From the NCBI GenBank assembly GCA_033442325.1, contig JAWQFM010000003.1, positions 2,310,385 through 2,374,384 on the forward strand: DNA of 64,000 nt, written 5' to 3'. The translations under genes were made by a program, and so were the position numbers. The stretch is from Salpingoeca rosetta. Its lineage: Eukaryota > Protista > Choanoflagellata. Under the pieces are notes generated by a model that was not told where the DNA came from, ran no database searches, and saw only the letters and a list, made by a program, of their open reading frames with translations. Positions 51,252 to 64,000 of this stretch are shown piece by piece; within the stretch, counting starts at the first letter, position 1; every line of letters begins with the position of its first letter.

Positions 51252-54200
51252 GCCGGGTTTCTTGTCGCATTCTGTATGCAGTAGCTCTTGTGATTCCAAT
51301 CCCTTCACGAGGAATTGCACTGGCACATGCATTACGTAGGCACACACACACACACACACACACAAACTCACTCACTCACACAAACACACTCACACACACT
51401 CGCACACATACACGTACATACATGCAGGACGCAAGCGCGCGGCCTTCCATCCGCGATGTGCTGCGCCACCCGTTCATCACACGACGCAATCAGATCCTGA
51501 GCGACCTCTATGAACCTTCGCTCGCCAACCCGGTGTTGTCGCCGCAGGCGAGCAACAAAGCGGCAGCGGGCAACCACGCAGCCAGCGCAGATGCGGCTGC
51601 CATGAATGGCGGGAACACCGACACAGTGACGCGCCTTGGCGAGCACAGGCACAGCACTTCCCAACTCCAGCAGCCAGCACTCGGAGATACAAGCAATCAC
51701 AGCGCCCCTGGCACGACAGAGCCAATGGCTTCAAGCCCACGACAACAACTCCACCAACAACAGCAGCAGAAGCAGTCCAAGCAGCCAGCATCGCTGGAAA
51801 CACCTCCACGTCTCCTCACACACCGCCTGCCAGCTGTTCATGATCCACGCGCAGCGGCAGCAACAGCACATGGCAAGACACAGCCTCGCAGCACCTACCC
51901 CACCACCACCACCAACACCAACGCCAACAGTGGTACTGTTGACATGGGTGCGAGTGGCGGTCGGGAGGGGCGAACACAAGCATATGCGCACACGATGAAC
52001 AGTGGGGTGAGTGGACGCCGCCGCCACCAGACAACCCTGGCACGACACGACGCACGAAACGATGGTGATGGTGTTGATCATACTGATGATGATGATGATA
52101 ACGGGGGTGTGCATGGGGGACACGGAGCAACGCCACGAGCGACAAGAGCAGGAGCAACTGTGATGGCAGCCGGTGATGTGAGCAGCGGTGTTGGTGCTGA
52201 TGGAGACGGAAGAGAAACTAGAGGCGAAGTTGTGGAGCAAGGTGGTTACGGCGGCAGCAGCAGAGGGAGGATGGGCGATTTTTCAACCGCTGCTGCAGCA
52301 CGTGCGACACCGACCACCACCACCACCACATCAGCATCCAAGCTCCATCCAGGCGTGGTCTCCACAGCCACCTCATCCACTCCCAACTCCGCTTATCAGT
52401 CACAGCAGCAACATGAACGGCAGCACGGACAACGGCGTGACAGGCGTGGCTCGGCGTCGAAGAGTGATGGCCGATCGAAACGTTCCGTGCACATTTACGA
52501 TCACCCGCGGATCCTCGCGGATGGAGGAACCACGTCTTCGATGTCAAGTGTTGCGTCACTGCCGTCGTTTACCGCCCTGAACGACATTCCGGGCCTGTCC
52601 TTCACGCAATCGGCAGCACACCAACGCAGCAGTGCGGCGACAGCAAATGGTGCACCAGCGACAGCGCATGGTGCAACAGGTGCAAAGGCAGCGGCAGCTT
52701 CAGTGTCGGCTGAGGGGGGCGGATGGCGGCGTGGGCGATCGTCGCTCTCGCGCTTGCAGTCGAGCTTGTCCGTGCCTGCAAGCACGAGCGATTCGCAACC
52801 ACACGCACACATGCGCACGCACGCGGGCGAAGAGAGAAACCAGACAGAGCCCACAGCGACAACCAGAGCAGTCGCGGGGAGTGGCAGTAACAGCAGCAGT
52901 CACGACGGTGATGGTATCAGCGGTGCACGAGTGGGTGAATGGCAACAGCGACAGCGGCGCTACGATCACTCTGCATACACGAGCGACACGCAGAGCAATG
53001 ACGATGACACGCAGCAACAGCAGCAACAACAGCATGAGCAGCCATGGCGAAGCCACCGTGAGTACGAGCGAATTCAACAACAAGGTACATATCCATCCTA
53101 CGATCACCAAGGCCAGCAGCATCAGCACCACCGACAACAACACGAACAGCAGCAGCAGCAGTTGTACCACCAACGAGAGCCTGTGATTGGCGGCAACAGC
53201 AGCAGTTCACGTGTGCATATGGACGCGATGTTTCCGGATGATTTGCGGGAAAGATTTCCACGCACAGCGGGGCTGCTGTCACAACGCAATTCGCTGCGGC
53301 GAGGGCAGACAGCCAATGTCGATGACGATGATCGTGGTGTTCGTGATGGTGGTGGAGATGTCGATGGTGGTGGCGATGTCGGTGGTGGTGGCGATGTCGA
53401 TGGTGGCGATGTCGATGGTGGTGGAGATGTCGATGGTGGTGGTGCAAACGAGACTGAGGCACGTGGTGACCGTGACCACAGCTACCATTCCAACCACCCT
53501 TCGCAAGCCCCACACTACCACGACCACCATCAACAACGACATCATCAACAACAACATCAACAGCAACCAGAGCAGCAACATCATAAAGATCATACCTCCA
53601 CCAATGTCCATGATGATGGTGGTGACGATAGCGGTGATGACGGGATTGTGTCTGCTGTGCAGTTGAGTCCGTCCACGTCGTTTGGGCTTCCCCGCATCGA
53701 CACAGCACGCCTACTACCCATGGTCCACCACTGGCATGCAGCCAGCGTACGTTGTTGTTGTTTAAGTTGTTGTTGTTGTTGTTTAAGTTGTTGTTGTTTA
53801 AGTTGTTGTTGTTGTTTAAGTTGTTGTTGTTTAAGTTGTTGTTGTTTAAGTTGTTGTTGTTGTTTAAGTTGTTGTTGTTGTTGTTGTTCTGGAAGTGTGT
53901 GTGTGTGCCTGTGTGCCTGTGTGCCTATGCTTTTTCGCACGCGCACTTGTTTTGCGGTTGCCGTACCTTATTTAACTTGGGCGCAACCGCTCACGCATGG
54001 CGACATTGCAACAACAGGTGGAAATTGCGTCGGATGGAAGCGCCCATCTCCGAATCACCGGGAAACACCGCGTGAACCATCACAGCGCCACCGACAGCGA
54101 CAGCGAATGGGACGAAATGCTGACGGTGCAGCCGGGTGGCCGCGTTGTCCGCGTGGTGAGCAACCGCCCTGGCAACACATTCGATAAGGTGCGTGTACAT

Positions 54201-54846
54201 GTGTGCGTACGTTTGCAAGCAAATTATGATTGCGCGTATGCTGGTCATCATGGCCACGTCGTCGTTCACACAACTATAGATACACACACGCACACGCACA
54301 CTCACTCACACACTCACTTACACGCACACACGCACTCTCTCACACTCACACGCACACACACACCCATTCACACACACATGCACACACCCATTCACACACG
54401 CGTGTCGAATGGAGTTTAGATCTTCACGGTGAGCACGCTGCCTGCGCGTCACCACACGCGCTACCGCCAGCTGCACCGCGTCGTAGAGATGATTCGTGCA
54501 AAGACACCCAAGGTCGTCATCTACAGCAGACAGTGCAAGACCATGGTACGTTGGCTTTGGGATCGTGTTCAACGTGGTGCCAACTAGCTTCGTGTCTCGA
54601 CAGGATACACAAACACGGACACAGTGATTGACTCATTCATGCACACGCACAACCGAAATTGTCTCCTTCCTACCTCGCCCATGTGCACTGTGGTATGTTC
54701 TGTTTTGCGTTGTGCTGTTGCGTGTGTGCTGTCGTGTGTGTACTGTGTGCTCCTCTGTTGTGCAGCTGATGGAGAACACGCCGCCGGATATTGCCGTGCA
54801 CTTTCCATCCGACCTTGAAGGTGATGCCTGGATCTGTGTGTGTGTG

Positions 54847-54877
<31 letters not shown>

Positions 54878-56376
54878 GTGTGTGTGTGTGTGTGCGTGCG
54901 TGTGTGTGTGCGTATGTTTGTGAGGGGGAGCGTAATTGTACAGTCGTGTCTTGGCCCTGCATGCGTGAAGGCGGGTGTGCATCATGCATGCTTTTGGACT
55001 CACACCATGTCATTGTTGCGTTGGATGTGCGTGCAGTTGTGTTCAATCAAGCGAAGAACACAATAACAGCCACCTCCCGTGGGAAACAGCTCTTCTCTTC
55101 ACACTGTACGTGGTCGCTCGCTGTTTGATCACATAGCTCTTATGGCACATGCAGCGTTAATATGGCACCGTTTGTGACCTCCATCACTCGATGCTCACAA
55201 TAACACATACACACACGTACACACACTCACATACACACATGACACACACGAATGACACGCGTGCACGTAGATGTGCTCGGGGAGCATGCACCGCTGTCCA
55301 TTCCATCTGCTGTATCGACCGAAGTCCACGCGGCCATTCGCACAGCAGAGGGCTGCAGGCGCATCCACGCACAGCACGCGAACATGGCGGCACACCTGGC
55401 TGAAGGTGACGCCTTTCGTTTGTTGTTCTTGTTCTTGTTCTTTTTGTGGTCATGCAATCAAACACATATTTGTGGTTTTGAACCAGCGCCCTCTTTGTGT
55501 CTCACCAACTTCCCCGTTTTCCCCGCCCACCTCGTTTGTTTTCTCGTTCAGGCGAGGGGGCGACGTCGTTGTTTCCGCTTCGTCTCGGATCACGCAGGTA
55601 GCAATGCAGTGTGATGCGCAGTGCAGTGTGGTGCACTGCGGTGCGGTGTGGTGTGACACAAACACGCAATTGCCCTCGTGTTCTTGTCGCACTCTGCTCA
55701 GTACTCTTCTTGCGGTGCAGAATACTCTGGCCCACTTCCTTGCTGCTCGCTCCACCCATTTCTTCCGCCGTCCAACCACTGGTCTTCATCATTCAATCCA
55801 CTCACTCTCCACTTCGCTTTCTTCCTCCCACTTCCTCTGCACAATCCTTGCAGGGACTACCACGCCGCGCGTACTGAAGTGCACGGCCACAACCGCTCCG
55901 ACACAACAGCAGCACGCGCTGATGACGATGATTATGTTGATGATGAACGTGTGCATGAGACGCCAGATGAACACGAGCACCAGACTGCCCAAGATGCGTC
56001 CTCTCAGCACCCGGCCATCAACGATACACCACCCCCACACCAGCAACACCACCACCACCAGCAGGCGGACACATCCATGACCCAACATGTGTCTGTGTCG
56101 GCAGCGACGACCTTCAAGGCAGGGGCTGGGTTCAGTGACGTGGCGCCACCGCCAGAAAGCGAAGCGGGAGCCGCCACTGCGCTGGGCGACGTGCAGCAGC
56201 TTGGGCACCCGTCAAACGTGGTGTACTTGCAACACATGCCCGGGTATGGCTGGGGTGTGCTCGTGTCGACGGGAGGAGTGATGCTGCTGCTGCAGAACGG
56301 CAGCCGCCTCTCGCTCTCTGCGGACGCGTCAGAGGTTGAGTTTGCTTCACCCGATGCGCAAATCACCAGGTGTGTA

Positions 56377-56445
<69 letters not shown>

Positions 56446-56687
56446 CCGTGTATGTGTGTATTCCGTGTGTGTGTGTGTGTGTATTCCGTNNNNNNNNNNN
56501 NNNNNNNNNNNNNNNNNNNNNNNNNNNNNNNNNNNNNNNNNNNNNNNNNNNNNNNNNNNNNNNNNNNNNNNNNNNNNNNNNNNNNNNNNTGTGTGTGTGG
56601 GAACGGCACGCTCGCTTGCGCATGCGTGTATGTGCTCGTCGTGAAGCACTGTGATGTATACTCATCCTAGTATTCATCACAATGTCG

Positions 56688-56727
<40 letters not shown>

Positions 56728-56861
56728 ACAGGTGCTCGTTGGGAGAGCCGTTGCCGCCGTATTTGCAGCAGGATTTGCTGACTTTGTTTACATTTGTGCA
56801 GACTGTTCGTCAACATCGACACACCCAACCAGAAGAGGAGGAGCAGTCCTCCCTCGCGTGA
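49980..56861 (+). CDS. PLK4: Polo-like kinase 4 (PLK4/SAK)
   Basis: Kinase: LGQGGFARVYRA, VALKVIDK, LRLYHYFED, HRDISNTN (non-K HRD+2, as in PLK4), TLCGTPNFLSPE, GKPPFDT. Cryptic polo box: IDTARLLP...RYRQLHRVVEMIRAKTPKVVIYSRQCKTMLMENTP. PB3: PGYGWG...QNGSRL...SPDAQITR..EPLPPYLQQDL. Confidence 0.93.
53751..53888. repeat. Intronic (GTT)n-TAA minisatellite (unit ~TTGTTGTTGTTTAAG)
   Basis: Starts 4 nt after the GT donor at 53747 in PLK4. Confidence 0.85.
56490..56589. other. Assembly gap (100 N)
   Basis: Run of N in the last PLK4 intron. Confidence 0.99.
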
Positions 56862-57279
56862 ACCTTGCCTCTGACTTTGCGCGCCGTGGTGTACAGGACA
56901 CATCTTTTCTTCATGCGTTTGTTAAGCAAGAAACCGAAGAAGATTAGCCAGTTACCACGTGTTAGACACTCGCAGTTGTGCTTTGCTGCCTTTTTGTTCA
57001 GTTGTAGTTTCGTTCGAGTTGACAGCGCCTTGTGTGACACGTGCTGCCGTGTACATTGTTTTCGCTGTGGTTTACATTGGGCGAGTTTTGAAACTCGCAA
57101 TTGTTCAGTACACAAGCAGGCTCCTCGTTGGCTGGGTGGATAGAAAGCGCGTTGCTTTTGCGTCGTTTCATCGCGTGTCAATCGCCGCGAGGCGGAATGA
57201 CACCAGACAGACAGAGACAGACAGAGACAGAGAGAGTAACAGAAGGAAATCCGCAAGTTGGAGGGAGTGGCAGAGCCGT

Positions 57280-57335
<56 letters not shown>

Positions 57336-57552
57336 GCACACATCACGTCTGGAAACCGCAGGCTCATCAACGGCGCTCAACGACAACAGGCAAAGCAAGT
57401 GGTGACAACAAGGATACAGGCAATGGAAATGACACGGGGGTCGAGCAAAACCAAGCAGCAGACAAGAATCAAGCACCGGCGTGTATTGCCGCAAAGCACG
57501 TGGCACACGCGGCTTGCAGGAGCGCGCACATGCGTGTGGGTATGTGCACACT

Positions 57553-58353
57553 CTAGTTGATGACTTTGGCGCCAATGTTGCGGCAAGCATCACGGACTTT
57601 CTTGGATGTGTCAATACCCCAGAAGGTGAGCTGGCTCTCGTATCCGCCAATGTCGTACTCATCCGGCGTCGCAAAGTATCCCATGTGGTTGTTGGAGTAC
57701 CCAGCAAGCTGTCGCAGCAGCAGCAGCAGCAGCAGCAGTGGTGGTGGTGACGCGTGGTTCAATCGAGAGCAAGCGGTATCACACACGTGCACAAATGCAG
57801 ATGTTGCGGGTGCAAACACACGCAATGACACAAATGCACATACAATGACACAAGTGCACATACAATGATACAAGTGCACATACAATGACACAAGTGCACA
57901 CACAATGATACAAGTGCACAACCGACACACACACATGCACACACACACATGCACACACAGAGGAGCACGCGCATGTCACCGCACCAGGACGCGGTCGAAG
58001 CCAAGGCCAACGCCGTCGATGCGGACTTCTGTTCCGAGCTCGGAAAGAGGTTCACCGGGCATCGTCACCATGAGCGTCTTTGAACCATCGACATCAAAGC
58101 GAATAGCAGTAAAGCGTGGCGCGTTCTCGATCCAGGAAGAGCCAAGGTGGAGGTTCAAGTCGCAGTGGATGACTTCGCAAAGCGTGCAGATGTCGAGAGG
58201 ACCGCCGCTTGTGCAGTTTTCAAAACGCTGGAGCGTCACGTTTAGGTTGGTTGGGCCAAACGGAACAACCTCGCTCGCAATGCGGAAGGTGGCGTTGGCA
58301 GAGGGCTTGATCGCTTTGCGCGTCTGTGCGTGTAAGTGTGTGTGTGTGTGTAG

Positions 58354-58416
<63 letters not shown>

Positions 58417-59128
58417 GGTGGGTGGGTGAGAGTGAGTGAGCGTGTGTGTGTGTGTGCATATGTGTGTGTGTGCGCGTGTGTGTCCTTGGTGAGACATCAC
58501 AATCAGTTCGCTTCGCCAGCCATCTCGTTGTCCGATGTCTCGCAACACATTGCACACGGAGCACAACCCACAAGCAACCTTGATGATTGCGTTGGCGATG
58601 GTGGGCGCGCCGTTGTAGTTTGGTTTGCCCTGGCACGTCTGCGGCGCAGGGTCGATGTCGCCGGCGTCCGCGTTGATGAACATGGTCACACCAACTCCAC
58701 CGTTCTTTCGTGTGTGCGTGTGTGTATGCGTGTGTGTGTGCATGTGTTCATGTGTTCATGTGTGTGTGTGTATGTGTGTGTATGTGTGTGTATGTGTGTG
58801 TGTGTGTGCGATGGGCAGCAGGGGTTGTTCGGGCGGAAGAAATTACACGGGCGGTTTGTCAACGCAGGCAGCATGGTGCAAACAGGTTGAATAGCAGATT
58901 GCATACGTGCCACCACAAGGTATTTGTTTCTCCTTACCTTGACGAGGAGGTTGTTGACACCGCCCATGATATCGGAGCTGACCTTCATGTTGTCGGGACC
59001 AAAGCAGGTGCCTGACAGCGGGAGATGGATGTGATTTATGTGCTTTCCAGTTGCGTGCAGACTCGCGTGCACAGGCATACAGCACACCATACGCACAACA
59101 CAGCTCAGAGCACGAAACGCACAACACG

Positions 59129-59195
<67 letters not shown>

Positions 59196-59477
59196 GTACA
59201 CAGAGCACGCGCAACGCAATTCACAGCAAAAACATACCGTGGATGGCAAAGTTCCAGATGGTGGCGAGCGGGTTGCCCTTCAGGTCGTCAACACGGATAA
59301 CACCGAGGTTGGGGTCGATGCTGAAAACACAGCCGCGCGGTAACATCGTCAGTGAGAGGAATGGGATTGAGCAAGAGCCACGTTACAAGCAGGCAGGAAG
59401 CTGCACATAATGGCGAAGGCAGGGCAGCGAAAATGCATCTGCGCACACAGCTAAACTCACAAACACATACGCATTTC

Positions 59478-59509
<32 letters not shown>

Positions 59510-59510
59510 A

Positions 59511-59542
<32 letters not shown>

Positions 59543-60493
59543 CTGTCTGGCTGGAGGTATGGGCTGATCTTTGCGCGCCTGTTGACGGTGACGTTTGGGA
59601 GGAGGGAGATGTCCACGCCAAGCGACGCAGGCACCATCGCCTTCTCTGCCATGACAATGGCCTGTCCAATGGAGACGGCAAGCTGGAACTGCAGTTCGGG
59701 TACAAGGAGATCTGTAGCAGGCGCCATCGCCCACAGGAAGCTCGGTGATACGGCACCGGGACCGCTGAAAGCACGCATCAAAAGCCACATGACAACAACA
59801 GGTCGGGTTGTCAGTGAGAGTCAGCCAAAAGACCCGCACCCAAGACCTAAGGTTCCGTGCGCAGCTCGCCCGCACTGCACATGTTCAAGGCGTCCCTCGT
59901 CACGCTCAAAATGGCACCGCGTAACACGCAAGCACGAGGAATATCTCTCTCATTGTCTCTCTCTCTCTCTCTCTGTGTCTGTCTCTATCGTGACGCGCGT
60001 GTGGGGTGTGTTTGGTGTCAGTCGTGTTGCCCCTCTTCTCTTCTTCTTTGGTGCGTTTTACATGTTGGACTGACCTGTGCGAGTGCGAAGCGTGGAGGGT
60101 GACCGTCTCCAGGGTTGCGTTTGAGCCCATTCGCTGTGCTTCGACGACGGCAAGCTTGCGCAGGGTGCCGTCAGCGCCAATGGCGTCGGCGGTGACGATG
60201 AAGGCGCGGGTGTTGCCCTGGCGAAGGGCAAGGCAGCGCACGTTTGTGTCGTCCATCACGCCGACGCTTGGCGTCATGAAGGTGGTGTAAGCGGTGTTGT
60301 TTGGGATTGGCCAGTACGGCACGCGGCGATCGCCGTGATTGTACCCTGCAAGTGGGACGCCCAGTGGCAGTGTTGCGTTCACATGCGCCACGCCAGCGTA
60401 CAGCGTGTTGTCATCATCCTTGACAGCCTGTGCCAGGGAGCACAAGGGTGCCGCGAGCAGCAGCACAGCCACAACAACAAGGCGAGGAGCCAT
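57553..60493 (-). CDS. Secreted neutral/alkaline ceramidase-family Zn amidase (catalytic domain only, ~475 aa)
   Basis: Signal peptide [23 protein letters not shown]. Motifs [89 protein letters not shown]. Confidence 0.88.
57823..57920. repeat. Intronic 20-bp minisatellite x5 (CAATGAYACAAGTGCACATA)
   Basis: Five near-identical adjacent copies with no spacers. Confidence 0.85.
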
Positions 60494-60715
60494 GGCAGAG
60501 GAGGTGGTGTTGGTTTGTTTGGGTTGGTGTTGGAGAAAATCAGAAATATCTCGTTCCACTTTTCCACAACCGCAACAAGAGCAAACAAGCAAGCAAACAA
60601 GCAAGCAATACAACAGGCACCTGCTTCACAACACCCCTACTGCTGCTGCTTCTGGAGTTGCGCATCTGCTCGCGCATTCTTGCACCTCGGTTCTGAGGTT
60701 GCCTGCTTGCTGGAC

Positions 60716-61058
60716 ATGAACAGGGAAAGCGCGGGTTTGCTGTTAACGGGTGGTGGAGATGATGGTGGTACTGGCAGCGGCGGCATAAATGGCGGGAAAG
60801 CCCACGTTGTCGAAGATCCACACTACTACTACGCCCTTGCCAACCACGATCAACACCACCACCACGAATTCACAACCCAGTCGTTGGACCAACAACAGCA
60901 CCACCAACAGCACCGCCAGCAAGATCAGTCCATTAGGAACGGGAGCGCAATGGCCTCAAGTCCGCTAATCCCCGCCATGCACTTTATTCCATTCCCCGTG
61001 AACGTTGGCTGGTTCGTGCACTTTGTCAAGGAGCACATCCACGAGAAGGACGAGGTGT

Positions 61059-61100
<42 letters not shown>

Positions 61101-61884
61101 TGTGTGTGGGTGTGTGTTGTGTGTAGCGGACATGTGTGTGTGTGTGTGTGTACATGTGGCTGTGTGTATACGTGTCTGTGTATGCGTACAAGTCTGTGTA
61201 TGCGTACATGCGTGTGTGCACGCGCGAATTTTTCCAGCCATGCCCAGACATGTAGCCGTCTCATGTTGAGAATCGTCTGTGGGACGTGCATTCCCACGCT
61301 CGCGCATTCCCACGCCCGCATATTCTTTCACTTTCCTTTCAAGCACTCACGCTGACATGCACGCGCTCGCATTCGTGCACACACACACATGCGGTCGTTG
61401 CCGCACGACCTAGAACTTGGAGACTGCACGCGCGGTGGCCATTGGCTTGGTCGCGGATGGGACGATCGCAGAGGTGGTGGCTGAGGATGTCGAGGAGATT
61501 TGCATGGAGGTGGAGGAACAGGCTGTTGCGAAGCGAGCAGAGCATGTGTTCGGGGCAATCGCCGATGAAGTCGTGTCAGAGACTGTCGGTGTGGAGGCAA
61601 ATCGACTGGTCCGTGCGCGCAATTACGACGCGTCATCGTGGCGCGTGCATGACATGTTGCTGACGGAGGTGTGCGAGGAGCTGGTGACGGAAGCTGTGGC
61701 GTGGGCGCAGCAGTGTGCTCGGGAACGCGCAGTGGACAAGGTGGCGGATGAGCTGCTGTCGGACGTTGAGGACGAGTTTATCTTTGATGCATGCGCAGAC
61801 GCATGGGACGACGCGCAGCCCAAGAACTCCTTTGAGATGCTCTCCCTTGCTCCTAACAGAACCCGCAAGAAGCCCCTGAGATGA
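60716..61884 (+). CDS. Hypothetical acidic alpha-helical protein (~270 aa)
   Basis: Exon 60716-61054 (MNRESAG...GWFVHFVKEHIHEKDE, GT donor) joins exon ~61414-61884 (NLETARAVAIG...KKPLR*) in phase 0. Coding-like composition with no repeats. Confidence 0.7.
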
Positions 61885-61899
61885 CACCACCTGTTTGTT

Positions 61900-61955
<56 letters not shown>

Positions 61956-61956
61956 G

Positions 61957-62056
61957 NNNNNNNNNNNNNNNNNNNNNNNNNNNNNNNNNNNNNNNNNNNN
62001 NNNNNNNNNNNNNNNNNNNNNNNNNNNNNNNNNNNNNNNNNNNNNNNNNNNNNNNN
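61957..62056. other. Assembly gap (100 N)
   Basis: Run of N directly before an orphan exon. Confidence 0.99.
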
Positions 62057-62162
62057 GACGTTCAAGAAGATGAAGAACAGCGCCATCATCGTCAACACGG
62101 CCCGCGGCGCGTGTGTCGACCAGGACGCTCTCGTCCACGCCCTCAAGACCGGCGAGATCAAG
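62057..62162 (+). CDS. Isolated exon of a D-isomer-specific 2-hydroxyacid dehydrogenase (glyoxylate/hydroxypyruvate reductase-like)
   Basis: TFKKMKNSAIIVNTARGACVDQDALVHALKTGEIK carries the family NxxRG signature, followed by a GT and a (GT)n tract. No other exons are visible. Confidence 0.75.
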
Positions 62163-62180
62163 GTCGTGTCGTCGTCGTCG

Positions 62181-62259
<79 letters not shown>

Positions 62260-64000
62260 TTCATTGGAAATGGGCACATTGTCCTGGATATCAAGAAGAA
62301 AGAGGAACAAGCAACCCTGAAGTAGCTTGGAGAAAGGAAAGAGGGGGAAGGGGGACTGATGTCAACAAAGTGCGCGTGTACGTGTAGTACACGTGCGTGT
62401 GTATCATCGGCAATGGGTAAGGCGAAAGACAATCGTCACCGCACTGGCACGACTGCGTGCATGTCTCTTGTGCGTCGGGGTTGGATTGTTCATGATAATT
62501 TCGCTATTGTCCTCATCTGACACACACTCGCACACGCACACACGCACACACGCACGCAACAGCGTGGAAGCGCGGAAGGAGAAGAAGGGAGGAAGAAGGG
62601 AGGAAGAAGGGAGGAAGAAGGGAGGAGGGAGGACAAAGGAAGGAGGGAAGCCAACAGGCTGGAGCAATGTCCTTCGTGGAACTCGAACAAACTCCTCTCG
62701 AAATTTGCACTGCTTCGCTCAGTTAGAGCGTGCTCACTCACCAGTCAATGTGTGTTGGGAAAGGGTCTGCCTCGCTCGAACGGTGGCACGCGTGGGGTCT
62801 GTGTGGTGTTGCCTGCAAGCAAATGCTGGGAGGAAAATGAACCGCGCGCTCTGCGCAAGTGCGTACTCTCTCAGCTGCTCTTCGGAGCTTCGGCGAGTTG
62901 TTTTCTGGCTTGAGGGTGTTTCTCTGTTGGCCACGAAGGTTCACAGCACTTCAAGGCAAGGGTGGGGGTGAATGTTGACCAACAGGACGACAAATCTTCA
63001 ACAGGACCGCAAATCTTCCACGATGGAGTGGGGACCTGTTTGTGTGGGTTTGCTGTGTTTTGCTTCTTCGATCGCTTGGCTGGCGACGTTGACACGTGTT
63101 GGTCCAGCTTGTCGCTGGTCGGATGGTGGTGCGTGTGTGTTGGTCTGTTTGTGTGCATGGGAGAGCGCGTGCGCGCGAGTGAGATTGCGCTGGGCTTGTT
63201 TGAACAAAGCACCTCGGTTCTCGGCTGCTTGTCGGGTAGGTTGTTGTGGTTTGCTTGGTGGGCGTGCCTTGTTTGATCTGTGCTTCTCTTCTGGTGGTTT
63301 TACTGGCTTATGTTAAGGTAATGTAACATAACTTCAAGGAAGAGTTAGATGCATAAGTCACGAGGCAGTGTGACTGTCGAGCGATCATTGCTCAGGGTTG
63401 AAAGAAAAGGTTACATAAAGCAAGTCACGCGCACGCAATGTCGCAAAGCGAGCGTGTGTCGCGTGTCCTGTTGTGCCGTAAGTGAGCAAGGAAATCAAAG
63501 GAGCGGCACGGCGCTGCCGTGTCCTCATGTTCTTGTGATCGTTCATGCTTCTTTTTCGAGCTTGAAGCCTGTCCCAGTGATGTGACAAGGTGCCACTGCA
63601 TCACATTCGCCTGCACTCAAAGGGAGCGTGGGGTAAAGACTCGTGTGAGGTTATGAAGATGTGCAGCATACAAGCGCGAACAGCACTGAGAGACAAAAGA
63701 AAAGAAAGTGTGAAGGATACACACACATGTGTGTGCGTGCAGGCATGTCGTCAGCAGGGGAATCGAATACGATCTTCAAGAGAACAACGTTCATTCAGTT
63801 GTTGGATTGCTCGCTGTATTAGCTGATTTCGCATCACCCGGCATGCAAAAGGACAAGAGAGGAGCGGAAGGGTGGAAAGAGGAAACAACAGGCTGAAAAA
63901 CTGTGGAAACAGATGTAAAAGAGCTACAAAGAGAAAGAGGGTGTTGGAGAGCACAGGGCGCGCTTACTTACTTCCAGGTATCAGTGAGGCTGTGAGGGAC

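Noticed and set aside
57823-57920. Regular 20-bp repeats as a possible CRISPR array
   Set aside because: No unique spacers, no cas genes, eukaryotic intron; it is a simple minisatellite.
62260-64000. Possible gene or transposon in the repeat-poor right end
   Set aside because: Only short ORFs with no motifs; no terminal inverted repeats, LTRs or transposase/RT signatures; includes a simple purine tract at ~62575-62650.

Overview
Eukaryotic, intron-rich, GC-rich draft sequence with three 100-N gaps, saturated with (GT)n/(CA)n microsatellites that produce most of the spurious VCVC/HTHT ORFs in the track. Repeat style and gene content best fit a choanoflagellate such as Salpingoeca rosetta (inference). 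Hand-splicing GT-AG introns with phase checks gives 13 protein-coding genes plus one orphan exon. Left to right: a partial secreted protein (-), a ~1600 aa disordered protein with a PIP-box micro-exon (-), UBTD1/2-like (+), an RRxS-rich disordered protein (-), ZDHHC16-like (-), tRNA-Gly(CCC) (+), a large adhesion GPCR (-), EXOG-like nuclease (-), TMEM260 (-), a stress-type MAP2K (+), an intracellular 2xFN3 protein (+), PI4K type II (-), PLK4 (+), a secreted short neutral-ceramidase-family amidase (-), a small acidic helical protein (+) and an orphan 2-hydroxyacid dehydrogenase exon beside a gap. The top finding is the adhesion GPCR: its third FN3 domain is split by a ~760 aa cassette (Cys-rich module, two tandem beta-propeller-like domains, a TLDc domain that would be extracellular, second Cys-rich module) ahead of HRM-GAIN-GPS-7TM. 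Two other leads: (1) introns show 5'-(GT)n / 3'-(CA)n polarity that could pair the splice sites; (2) the secreted ceramidase-like enzyme could act on bacterial sulfonolipids. Exon boundaries were read by eye and are approximate where marked ~.
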